From assembly GCA_030628905.1 (NCBI GenBank), contig DAOVQB010000001.1, positions 41,375-105,374 on the forward strand: a DNA stretch of 64,000 nt, given 5' to 3'. This DNA comes from Candidatus Eiseniibacteriota bacterium. GTDB taxonomy: Bacteria; Eisenbacteria; RBG-16-71-46; CAIMUX01; WJJG01. How positions within the stretch are numbered: the stretch's first letter is position 1; each line of letters begins with the position of its first letter. Below the pieces are notes generated by a model. The model had not been told where the DNA came from and did not search any database. It saw only the letters and a list, made by a program, of their open reading frames with translations. A program made the position numbers and the translations under genes. This document shows positions 37,582 to 46,349 of the stretch, one piece after another.

Positions 37582-39300
37582 ATGATTCGACTCAAGATCC
37601 CTGCACTGTTGATCTGCCTATTTGCTCTCACCCAAGCAGTGGCCCAAACGTCGGAGGCATCGGTCAATCTGCTGGATGTGATGAGTGCAGAACTCGACCG
37701 CTCCATGGAGAATCTGGCCGAGGCATCTGAAGTCCCCATGTATTACCTGCAGTACGCGGTCACGGAGAGGTGCGCCTATGACGTTAGCGTGCAGAATGGG
37801 GGATTCCGTGAACCCCATAGATCGCATCGACGCTATCTGGACGTCAATCTGCGGGTCGGGTCCATGGAATTGGACAATACGCATGAGATCCGCGGGGGGA
37901 GCTGGCGCGACAACTATGCGCCGCGGAGGATGGTTGACTTCCCATTGGACGCAGATCCCCAGAGTATCCGCGCCGCGCTGTGGAACGAGACCGAGTATCA
38001 ATACCGCCAGGCGCAGGAACGCTTCACCAAGGTGCTGAACAACCGGCGAGTAAAAGTAGAGGAGCAGGATCTCTCTAATGACTTCTCTCCCGCCCAGCCG
38101 CAGCAATTCATGGAGCCGGTTGTGGTGACAGAGATCGATGCGGCCCATTGGCGCGGCATCCTGGAGCGTGTGGGCCGCTACCTTGCAGATGTCCCCTTCG
38201 CCCGCACGTCGCGCGCATCCTTCTCGGCCATTGACAAGATCACCTACATGGTCAATAGCGAGGGCTGCAGGCTCCAGCACTTGAATCACTACCTCCGCTT
38301 TTCGTTCTCGATCAGCGGCATGGCTCAAGACGGGATGATCCTCGACCGCTTACAGTCCTATGCCGCAGTCGCGGTGGAGAACCTGCCTGACGAAGCGACC
38401 GTGCTGCAGGATGCCAGACGACTCGTTGCTGAACTCGAGGCCCTGATCGATGCGCCGATTGTAGAGCCATATATCGGTCCCGCGATCCTGCGTGGTCGGG
38501 CGAGCGGCGTCTTCTTCCACGAGATCTTTGGCCATCGGATCGAAAGCCACCGGCAGAAGAGCGAGAACGAGGGCCAGACCTTCACGAAGAAGGTCGGGGA
38601 GCAGATTCTACCAGAGTTCATCAGTGTTTATGACGATGCCACCCTAGCGCAGTTCGAGGGTACCGACCTCAGAGGTTACTATAAGTTTGACGATGAGGGT
38701 ACGCTGGCCGAGCGAGTCACCGTGGTAGAAAAAGGCATCCTGAAGAGCTTTCTGACAACACGCTCCCCGATCGAGAACTTCCCGCGCAGCAACGGCCACG
38801 CCCGGCGGCAAGCGGGTTATAGTGTGGTTGCGCGCCAGGGGAATCTGATCGTGCAGTCCGAGAAGAGCGTGCCTTATGAGGAACTGCGTGCGCTGCTGAT
38901 TGCGGAATGCAAGCAACAGGGCAAGCCGTACGGACTGATCTTCGATGACATCTCCGGTGGGTTCACGATGACCGGCCGCCGGGGCCCGCAGGCCTTCAAG
39001 GTCAAACCACTCCTCGTCTACCGTGTCCATGCCGACGGCAGGCCCGACGAGGTCGTGCGCGGGGTGGATATCGTCGGCACTCCGCTCACGAGCTTTAGCA
39101 AGATTCTGATGGCGGCGCGGGATGATGCTGTCTTCAACGGAACCTGTGGGGCGGAGTCGGGCGGCGTACCGGTCTCAGCGATATCACCGAGCCTTCTCGT
39201 AGCTGAGATCGAGGTGGAGAAGCGTCGGAAGGGTCAGGATAGACCACCTATCTTGCCTCCTCCCGGACACAGTGGTGAGCAGGAAAGGCGGATGCCATGA
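37582..39300 (+). CDS. TldD-family (peptidase U62) metalloprotease with an N-terminal signal peptide
   Basis: The signal is 'MIRLKIPALLICLFALTQAVAQ' with an SD 'ggaggt' upstream. The TldD zinc motif is 'GVFFHEIFGHRIESH' (HExxxH). The C-terminal Gly-rich TldD/PmbA core is 'DDISGGF'. Confidence 0.75.
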   Translation: MIRLKIPALLICLFALTQAVAQTSEASVNLLDVMSAELDRSMENLAEASEVPMYYLQYAVTERCAYDVSVQNGGFREPHRSHRRYLDVNLRVGSMELDNTHEIRGGSWRDNYAPRRMVDFPLDADPQSIRAALWNETEYQYRQAQERFTKVLNNRRVKVEEQDLSNDFSPAQPQQFMEPVVVTEIDAAHWRGILERVGRYLADVPFARTSRASFSAIDKITYMVNSEGCRLQHLNHYLRFSFSISGMAQDGMILDRLQSYAAVAVENLPDEATVLQDARRLVAELEALIDAPIVEPYIGPAILRGRASGVFFHEIFGHRIESHRQKSENEGQTFTKKVGEQILPEFISVYDDATLAQFEGTDLRGYYKFDDEGTLAERVTVVEKGILKSFLTTRSPIENFPRSNGHARRQAGYSVVARQGNLIVQSEKSVPYEELRALLIAECKQQGKPYGLIFDDISGGFTMTGRRGPQAFKVKPLLVYRVHADGRPDEVVRGVDIVGTPLTSFSKILMAARDDAVFNGTCGAESGGVPVSAISPSLLVAEIEVEKRRKGQDRPPILPPPGHSGEQERRMP

Positions 39301-41021
39301 TGAAGACAAGTATGCGAATCCTCTGGCTGCAGATCGCCTTTCTGACCCTTGCGCCTATTGCGATAGGTCACGATTCGGGCGATCCCGTTTTTGAGGCCAT
39401 GGAACTCGAGCTCGACCGCTCCATGGACCAGCTCGTTCTGGGGGGCATGTCGCAACCCTATTTCCTCGGCTATCGGATCCAGGATAGTCAGATGGTAATG
39501 GTGGAGGCGAGATATGGCGCCCTTGTGCAGGCCGAGAGCAACAGGAATCGATATCTCTACATCGACCTCAAAGTGGGCGCTCCGAACTTTGACAACAGCG
39601 GATTCATCGGCAATTGGAGTGATGTGTATAACATGCGCGAAGAGCTTCCCGTGGAAGATGATATCAGGAGTTTGCGCCATCACATCTGGCTTCACACCGA
39701 TCATGCTTACAAGACCGCGCTGGAGAACATGGCGCGCAAGCAGGCGTATCTACAAACCCATCCGGCGAAGGAGGAAATTCCAGATTTCGCGGCGGCTAAC
39801 GGATTCGTCCATATGGATGAACCGGTTGGCTTGGATGTGGATCTGGGGCTCTGTGAGTCGAGAGTCCGTGCCGCGGCCCAAGCCCTGCGGGAGTTCCCGG
39901 GCTTGCAGGATTGGAACGTTCGCTACACGCACGGGGCGGCCAATAACCGCTACCTGAATTCGGAAGGGATCTGCTATCTGAAGGGGATTCAGTTCCAATA
40001 CCTCTTGGTTGCTGCCACCGCGCAAGCACCGGATGGTCAGCGCCTAAGCCATTTTCTGCAGTACGCGCTGAGCAGCGATGACGAATTGCCAGCGCAGGAG
40101 GTCCTGATTGAAGATATCCGCACCATGGCCGGCGAGCTGCAGGCCATGATTGCCGCGCCAACGCTGGATGAGTATGCGGGACCTGTACTGTTCGACGGTT
40201 TCGCTGCGGCGCAGCTGCTCTCCCAGCTATTCGTCAACCAGCTTTCCCCAGCGAGAGAGCCATTGGTCGCGGAGGATTGGATGAAGCAGTACCTGCCCGA
40301 TCCCAAGCTCACCGGGAGACTCAATCGCCGGGTCTTGGCGGACTTCGTGGTGATTACAGACGAACCGAGCCTGAAGAAATGGGAGGGACGCTCTTGCGCC
40401 GGACATCAGAAGGTGGATGACGAGGGTGTGAGATGCCAGGACATCACGCTCGTCAAGGGAGGGCGGCTTCTTGCGCTCCCGATGACGCGCCGCCCGAGCA
40501 AGAAACTGAAGGAATCGAACGGACATGCGCGGATGCTACCCAATCAGATGATCGTGCCTGGGATCACCAACCTGGTGCTTCGAGGTGAGCAGACGAAGAA
40601 GGACCTGCGCAATGAACTCAGGCGGCTGTGCAAGGAGTTTGGCAATGAATATGGCCTGCTGATCACACGACTGGAGGATCCGGAGGTCACACAGCGCTAT
40701 CGGCGGATAGAGCCGGGGCGTGAGGAGCAGGACCTGCTGACGGCCCCGGTGGTCATGTACCGGATCTACGCGGAGGACGGGCGCATGGAACCTGTGCGAG
40801 GTCTGGGGTTCGATGAGGCATCGGTCCGCGCGCTGCGGGATGTGGCTGCGGTGGGCCAGGATGCGAAGGGCACCAACCTCAGGCAACCAAGCGGATTCCG
40901 GGGTCTCTCCTATCCGGCAACGATCATCACTCCCTCGATCCTAATCGAGGAGATGGAGTTCACTGACGCCATCGTGCGCGAACCGCTTCCGCTGAGCGGT
41001 ATTCCGATCATCGAGCAGTAG
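39297..41021 (+). CDS. TldE/PmbA-like partner of the TldD-family protein (lacks HExxxH), with a signal peptide. Its start overlaps the TldD-like stop.
   Basis: It is a paralog of the upstream gene with the same overall length and fold pattern. The signal is 'MMKTSMRILWLQIAFLTLAPIAIG'. There is no metal-binding HExxxH, as in PmbA. Confidence 0.7.
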   Translation: MMKTSMRILWLQIAFLTLAPIAIGHDSGDPVFEAMELELDRSMDQLVLGGMSQPYFLGYRIQDSQMVMVEARYGALVQAESNRNRYLYIDLKVGAPNFDNSGFIGNWSDVYNMREELPVEDDIRSLRHHIWLHTDHAYKTALENMARKQAYLQTHPAKEEIPDFAAANGFVHMDEPVGLDVDLGLCESRVRAAAQALREFPGLQDWNVRYTHGAANNRYLNSEGICYLKGIQFQYLLVAATAQAPDGQRLSHFLQYALSSDDELPAQEVLIEDIRTMAGELQAMIAAPTLDEYAGPVLFDGFAAAQLLSQLFVNQLSPAREPLVAEDWMKQYLPDPKLTGRLNRRVLADFVVITDEPSLKKWEGRSCAGHQKVDDEGVRCQDITLVKGGRLLALPMTRRPSKKLKESNGHARMLPNQMIVPGITNLVLRGEQTKKDLRNELRRLCKEFGNEYGLLITRLEDPEVTQRYRRIEPGREEQDLLTAPVVMYRIYAEDGRMEPVRGLGFDEASVRALRDVAAVGQDAKGTNLRQPSGFRGLSYPATIITPSILIEEMEFTDAIVREPLPLSGIPIIEQ

Positions 41022-41030
41022 GGGACCTGC

Positions 41031-41170
41031 AAGTCTGGCGCCTGGACCACGCGCCTGGCGTCTGGACAGCAAGCCTAGCGCCCGGATCGCGAGCCTAGCG
41101 TCTGGACAGCAAGCCTGGAATCCAGACAGCAAACCTGGCATCTGGATGGCAAGCTCGGTCTGGAGCTGGT
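41031..41170. repeat. Imperfect ~20-bp tandem repeat array (cYRgcRtcYggaYRgcaRRc) x6-7, intergenic between the TldE-like gene and tatA
   Basis: Direct reading of the DNA. Confidence 0.8.
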
Positions 41171-41270
41171 CCTCCAGTCCATGATAGTGTACCCTGCAGT
41201 TGGATGCGCAGCCCCTGAGGGAGGTGTCCGGATACCTCGCCACGGCTGGCGGGCTGCAAGGAGGTAGCGA

Positions 41271-41504
41271 ATGGAATGGAAGATTCCCACACTCTTCTTC
41301 GGCTCACTCGGGATTCAAGAGATTCTGGTAGTGCTGGTGATTCTACTGCTGCTCTTTGGCGGTAGGAAGATCCCCGAGCTGGCGCGAGGACTGGGCCGCG
41401 GGATCACTGAGTTCAAACGAGGGATTCACGAGCCTCCGGAGAAGGATCCCGAAGCACTCCCGACGGAGACAACGCGTTCAAACCACGACACAAAGGATAC
41501 CTAG
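41271..41504 (+). CDS. tatA: Twin-arginine translocase subunit TatA/E
   Basis: A TM helix plus amphipathic helix reads '[39 protein letters not shown]', the TatA consensus. Confidence 0.8.
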   Translation: MEWKIPTLFFGSLGIQEILVVLVILLLLFGGRKIPELARGLGRGITEFKRGIHEPPEKDPEALPTETTRSNHDTKDT

Positions 41505-41632
41505 GTCCGCAATTTCCCACCAACGATCCACTGCCCCGTGCGTATCTGCATGCCCTCACCATCGTCATACGCGTCCCACTGAGCCCCAAAGGTAACCGAG
41601 GAGCCGAGGCGGGGTCTGGTGAGAAGTCCGCC

Positions 41633-42841
41633 CTAAACGAGTGCGGAGCAAAGCACCTTGCGCACCGCCAGGATCACATCCTCCACATCCCGATTGCTCA
41701 AACCCGGCGAAAGCGGAAGCGAAAGCGTACGTTCTCCCACCCACTCGGCATTCGGGAAATCCCCCTCCCCGTAACCGTAGCGCTCGCGGTAGTAGGGGTG
41801 GAGGTGCAGGGCACGGTAATGGACGCCAGTGCCGATGCCCTCTGCGTGAAGCGCTTGGAGCACCTGGTCCCGGCTGATGCGCAGCTGATCCAGATCGAGC
41901 AAGATGATGAAGAGATGCCGTGCGTGGCGATCTCCTTGCGCTGGCTCCGGCGGAATCCGGAGCGGCAGATCCGACAGGCCCTCTGTGTACCGGCGCCAAA
42001 TTTCATCCCGGCGCTTCAGATTCGCCTCGACGCGGGCCAGCTGGTGGATCCCGAGGGCGGCTTGCATATCCGTCATGTTGTACTTGAATCCTGGGAATGT
42101 CACCTCATAGTGCCGGAAGCCTTCGTCCGAGTAGCGCTTCCATGCATCCCGCGAGAGCCCGTGAAGGCCGGCCACCTTGATCCAGTCGGCGATCTGGGGA
42201 TCATCGGTACTTACCATCCCACCTTCGCCGGTGATGACATTCTTGGTTACATAGAAGCTGAAGACCGTGCAATCGCTGATGCTGCCGATCTTGCGTCCCT
42301 GGTGGGCGGCTTCAATGGCATGGGCGGCATCCTCCACGATACGCAGCTTCCGGTCGCGAGCCAGCGCCTGGAGCGCTGTCATGTCTGCCGTCCGCCCAGC
42401 GAAGTGCACGGGGAGTAGCGCGCGTGTGCGCTGGGTCATCTTCTCGCTGGCGCGCTCCGCATCGATACAGAGCGTCTCGCGATCGCAGTCTGCAAAGACC
42501 GGCGTGGCGCCAAGGTGTGTGATGACATTGGCCGTCGAGGCAAAGGTCATCGGGCAAGTGATCACCTCATCACCTGGCTTGACCCCGATTGCGATCATTG
42601 AGAGGTGCAGTCCTGCCGTGCAGGAATTGAGTGCCATGGCGTAGCGCGAGCCCACGTACTCACAGAAGGCTTTCTCAAAGGCAGCTACGCGGGGGCCGGT
42701 GCCCAGCCAGCCGGAGCGGATGGTGGCCTCCACCTCCCGGATTTCCTCTTCGCGGATGTCCGGCTTCCCAAAGATGAGGTACTCGGTCCGCACAGGCCGG
42801 CCACCATCGATCGCCAGTCTCGCGCTGCCATCGTCTGCCAT
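41633..42841 (-). CDS. DegT/DnrJ/EryC1/StrS-family PLP-dependent sugar aminotransferase
   Basis: The translation 'LIFGKPDIREEEIREVEATIRSGWLGTGPRVAAFEKAFCEYVGSRYAMALNSCTAGLHLSMIAIGVKPGDEVI' matches the family, and the Lys-containing 'FSFYVTKNV' is present. The start is taken as the internal Met. The ORF is open up to 42937. Confidence 0.85.
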   Translation of the reverse strand: MADDGSARLAIDGGRPVRTEYLIFGKPDIREEEIREVEATIRSGWLGTGPRVAAFEKAFCEYVGSRYAMALNSCTAGLHLSMIAIGVKPGDEVITCPMTFASTANVITHLGATPVFADCDRETLCIDAERASEKMTQRTRALLPVHFAGRTADMTALQALARDRKLRIVEDAAHAIEAAHQGRKIGSISDCTVFSFYVTKNVITGEGGMVSTDDPQIADWIKVAGLHGLSRDAWKRYSDEGFRHYEVTFPGFKYNMTDMQAALGIHQLARVEANLKRRDEIWRRYTEGLSDLPLRIPPEPAQGDRHARHLFIILLDLDQLRISRDQVLQALHAEGIGTGVHYRALHLHPYYRERYGYGEGDFPNAEWVGERTLSLPLSPGLSNRDVEDVILAVRKVLCSALV

Positions 42842-42984
42842 CTGCGCCTCCTCGTGCTCCTTCCCGCCCGCATGGGGTACACCCTTCTGCCCTGTCCGTT
42901 CCCGCCTGCGTGGAGTACACACTTCTGCCTTGCGCACTACTCGCCCGGCCTCTGCTGTGTTTCTCTGGTTTGCGTCCTCTTCTA

Positions 42985-44007
42985 CTACCCGCGGTCCTCA
43001 CGGAAGGATCGGATCCATTGGGCCAGCCGGTGCACAGGGTCTGTCTTCTCCCAGCGGGCGAAGCGGGTCTTGACTCCGCCGAAGGATTCCTTGAAGGACT
43101 CGACGGCGGCGATCCCCGCGCTCGGGAGCATGTCGTAGATCCTGCATCCGTCTCGGATTGCGTCTTGGATGATCCGATCCTGGATCAACACATTGGGGCG
43201 CAGATTGCGCGCGTCGTGGTCGAAGTAGCCCGCCTGATAGTGCGCGATGCCATTCCAGCAGCACGTGAAAGTGCCCCCGATGACGCGACCCTCGAAGCGC
43301 GCTACATACAGTTTCACTGATTCTCCACCCACGCTCATCATGGCCTGGTAGAAGCCAAGCGGATAGATCAGCCGCGGCCGTTGCTCCCATGTCCGCATGC
43401 GCTTGAGATAGAGTTCATACACGCAGCGCACATCGGCATCCTCGCGTGAAAGCTCCACATGGACACCCTTGCGGGTCAATCTGCGGATATCATTCCGTTT
43501 GCGGGTCGTTAGGATCCCATTCCAGAAGTCCTCGACGGTTCGCGGCAGCTCCAACAGGTGCGTGGTTTCCCAGGCTCGTGAGACACCGGTGCTGGCAGGA
43601 GCGTCCGGGCCTTCAGCCTGAGTCGTGGCATCGGCTCCTTCCTGAAAGGGATTGCCGATCACGACTAGTGATCCAGATTTGCGGGCAAGGTTTCTGATCA
43701 CCGCATCCCACACCAGTGGGGATGTGGTTGGGATCGGGCCTCCATAGAGAAAGGGAAAAGAGCTGTGTAGCGTGCTCAGGAGCCCGCCCAGGCGGCGCCA
43801 CCGGAAGAGAGGCAATGCATATGCCTCGCCATCGATCTCAAGGATCCGGGAGAGGTCGCTCAGTTGAGGGAAGGCCGACGTGAGGATGCGCGCCCACGTG
43901 CGGGTGTGATAAAAAGTGGCCTCCGCGCGGTTCTCGAGGATGTTCTGGAAGCGGGCATCGTCGATTCCCTGCTCCGCGCGCCATTGCCGAGTGCCGCCTC
44001 CACCCAT
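42985..44007 (-). CDS. FemAB-like / GNAT-fold acyltransferase (Acetyltransf_6-like)
   Basis: It is a ~340-aa protein with a duplicated GNAT-like architecture ('...LYVARFEGRVIGGTFTCCWNGIAHYQAGYFD...'). It sits next to a DegT aminotransferase, consistent with amino-sugar N-acylation. Confidence 0.55.
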   Translation of the reverse strand: MGGGGTRQWRAEQGIDDARFQNILENRAEATFYHTRTWARILTSAFPQLSDLSRILEIDGEAYALPLFRWRRLGGLLSTLHSSFPFLYGGPIPTTSPLVWDAVIRNLARKSGSLVVIGNPFQEGADATTQAEGPDAPASTGVSRAWETTHLLELPRTVEDFWNGILTTRKRNDIRRLTRKGVHVELSREDADVRCVYELYLKRMRTWEQRPRLIYPLGFYQAMMSVGGESVKLYVARFEGRVIGGTFTCCWNGIAHYQAGYFDHDARNLRPNVLIQDRIIQDAIRDGCRIYDMLPSAGIAAVESFKESFGGVKTRFARWEKTDPVHRLAQWIRSFREDRG

Positions 44008-44068
44008 GGTTCTCTCCGCGAGGGGCTTCAGGCGGAGCTGACCCTCCGGAAGCGTCCCGCAACGTGGC

Positions 44069-45883
44069 CTACATCGAGGCCACGGAAAGCCGATAGTCCT
44101 CGATTTTCGCGCTGCGCCGCAGGTCGTTCATCCAGGTTCCGAGCAGGCGATTCTGCTTCTCTTGGAGCAATCCCATGCGCGCTTGCTCCTTTGCTTCGGC
44201 AAAAGCGGCCTCGTCGATTTCGGGAAGGCTCAGCGTCTCGACGACAAAGGCGCCCTGGTTGCCCGACACAACATAGGGAACCAGTCCGATCTCGCCGAGC
44301 GCAAAGGCGGCACCGGTGAGCTGAGGCTCACTGCCGAGCCCCCGCAGAAAGCCCAGGGACGTGGCCTCCGCAGCTATGCCGTGGATCGCGAGGGATTCCT
44401 GCGCTGCGGCCTCTTCCAACGACATGCCCTGCCGGCACAACTCCAGGATGGCAACCGCCCTCTGCTCAGCAATCTCCTTGCGTTTTTCAAGCATGCAGGC
44501 GTTCAGCACGCGCAGGCGGACTTCATCGAGCGAAGCAGGCTGCGGTGGCCGGCGTTCGTCCAAGAAGAAGAGGTACCAGGTATCTTTCGTCTGAACCGGC
44601 TTGCTGATCTCGCCCGGTTTGGCACGCAGGGCGAAATCCTTGGCTGCAGCGACATTGGCCAGCCCCCGAATGAATCCTTGGGGGTCAAAGAGTCCCGTAT
44701 TGTGAATGGTAAGATCCATCTTCTCGGCCATAGACGCAAAGCCGTGCACATGGGCGCTGTCGGCCATGTCCGCCATGCGCTCGCGCAGATTGGCGTTGGT
44801 CTGAGTAGACATCTTGAGTGGGATGAAGATGTCAGCGATCTTGACCTTCTCGACGTCGTCCTCCGTGATCCTTTCTTCCACCTTGATCAGATGGAAACCA
44901 TCGGAGGAAGCGATCACCTCACTGACCTCGCCGATGGGGAGACTGAAGGCCGCCTCGGCAACCTCCTTCTGAGAGATCTGTACCTTGGTCAGAAAGGTTG
45001 CCTCTTCGCCGCCCAGCCGGCTGGGGGGAGCAAAGGAGAAAGCCTTGACGAGGATGCCGAAATCCTCACCCCGCTTCAGCTCCGTGTAGGCTTCATTGAT
45101 CTCCATTTGTGCATCAGAGCTGTCCTCAAAGGAGATGGTCTTGTCGATACGGACGTACTGCAACGCAACACGGTCGGGGTGGCTGAAGTCGTCTGGATGC
45201 TCATGCAGATAGGCCTCCAGGGCGGCGTAGTCAGCCTCCTCGGTTTTGATGCTGGTGTACGGAACCTTGATATAGGCCAACTCGATTTTCGCATTCTGAT
45301 CCAGCCAAGACTGCCTGACCTCCTGGGCGGAGACCTTTACCCCGCAGAGCATCTGGAGCTGCAGCTTCTCGAACGCGACCATCTCTCGCTGCTCGGCTTC
45401 CAGCGGTATGGTATTTGTGCGGGGATCGGCCAGCCAGCCCTGGTATTTCTGGATGTCGAAGGCTCCCTCCGTCTGGAAGGCTGGGTTTATGCGGAAGCGG
45501 GGGGGAGGGTTGTTGATCAGGGCGATGGCTACCTCCCGATCAGTCACGCGGATCTTGCAGTCTCTGACTTCCTGCCGAATCAGGGCGCGGTCGACAAGGT
45601 TGTCCCATGTGCGGGATGTGAGCATCAGCTCGATCGAGTCGTCCGGACGCTGCCCGGTTTGCTGTTCGTAGATGACCCGTGCCTGGACGATGGCATCAGA
45701 GAAATCACGAACCATCACTTTCTCGCCATTGATCTTGGCCAGGACACCCTGCTCGCCGCGGCGGCTTCCTCCCTTGGTGGAGAAATCCGCACCCCAGGCC
45801 AGGAAGATGAGGCCGATGAAGGCGACAACTGTAATCCAGAGGATCACCTTCGTGTTTTCACGCATGCTTTCAAAAACCGCCAT
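44069..45883 (-). CDS. ppiD: Periplasmic chaperone / peptidyl-prolyl isomerase PpiD
   Basis: The N-terminal TM anchor is 'KVILWITVVAFIGLIFLAW'. A SurA-like N-domain is present, with a parvulin-like region in the middle. Confidence 0.75.
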   Translation of the reverse strand: MAVFESMRENTKVILWITVVAFIGLIFLAWGADFSTKGGSRRGEQGVLAKINGEKVMVRDFSDAIVQARVIYEQQTGQRPDDSIELMLTSRTWDNLVDRALIRQEVRDCKIRVTDREVAIALINNPPPRFRINPAFQTEGAFDIQKYQGWLADPRTNTIPLEAEQREMVAFEKLQLQMLCGVKVSAQEVRQSWLDQNAKIELAYIKVPYTSIKTEEADYAALEAYLHEHPDDFSHPDRVALQYVRIDKTISFEDSSDAQMEINEAYTELKRGEDFGILVKAFSFAPPSRLGGEEATFLTKVQISQKEVAEAAFSLPIGEVSEVIASSDGFHLIKVEERITEDDVEKVKIADIFIPLKMSTQTNANLRERMADMADSAHVHGFASMAEKMDLTIHNTGLFDPQGFIRGLANVAAAKDFALRAKPGEISKPVQTKDTWYLFFLDERRPPQPASLDEVRLRVLNACMLEKRKEIAEQRAVAILELCRQGMSLEEAAAQESLAIHGIAAEATSLGFLRGLGSEPQLTGAAFALGEIGLVPYVVSGNQGAFVVETLSLPEIDEAAFAEAKEQARMGLLQEKQNRLLGTWMNDLRRSAKIEDYRLSVASM

Positions 45884-46159
45884 AACCAGTTCTCCCTACG
45901 ACATATCCTCGGAAAAGGGCCCGCAGATAAGGCTTGCCCCCAAAACCGGCAAAGGAACATTGTATGGTAACGCTCACGTCTCTGCAAGGCCCGTGACAAG
46001 GGTTGGCGGACTCATTGGCGGGCCCGTACTGGGATTGATCGCCCGCGACAGCGGGTACCCCACCCTCTTCTGGGCGGCGGGGTTGTCTCTGGCACTGCTT
46101 GCCCCCCTGATCTTAGTAGCAGACGGCCTCCTTGACCCTCGCAGGCTGGCTTCCTAGAC

Positions 46160-46290
46160 TCGCAGCGAGGCCGCCCAAGGCTGGGGGCGAGGTCGTGCGA
46201 GGCTGCGCAAGGCCGCCCAAGGCTGGGCGAGGTCGTACGAGGCTGCGCAAGGGCGCGCCAAGTCGCGCGAGGCTGGGCGAGGTCTCGCGC
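46160..46290. repeat. Imperfect ~40-bp tandem repeat x3, intergenic upstream of the CorC/CNNM gene
   Basis: Direct reading: cgaggctgcgcaaggccgcccaaggctgggcgaggtcgt(a/g) repeated. Confidence 0.8.
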
Positions 46291-46349
46291 CAGACCACGG
46301 GAGCAAGGTCCTTAACGATGGGCTCAGGCGCGCGACCATCGCGGCCCGC

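Noticed and set aside
41031-41170. Possible CRISPR or degenerate array upstream of tatA
   Set aside because: No repeat-spacer periodicity is present. The copies are degenerate and adjacent. It is classed as a minisatellite or iterated-site array.
44162-45970. 602-aa plus-strand ORF
   Set aside because: It is fully antisense to the well-supported ppiD gene. It is Leu/Arg/Gly-rich with no motifs and is an artefact of high GC.
45672-46157. 161-aa ORF ending in a TM-like 'GLIGGPVLGLI...LSLALLAPLILVADG'
   Set aside because: It is possibly a C-terminal fragment of a transporter, but it has no start context, it overlaps the ppiD 5' region and its composition is poor. The support is too weak to call.
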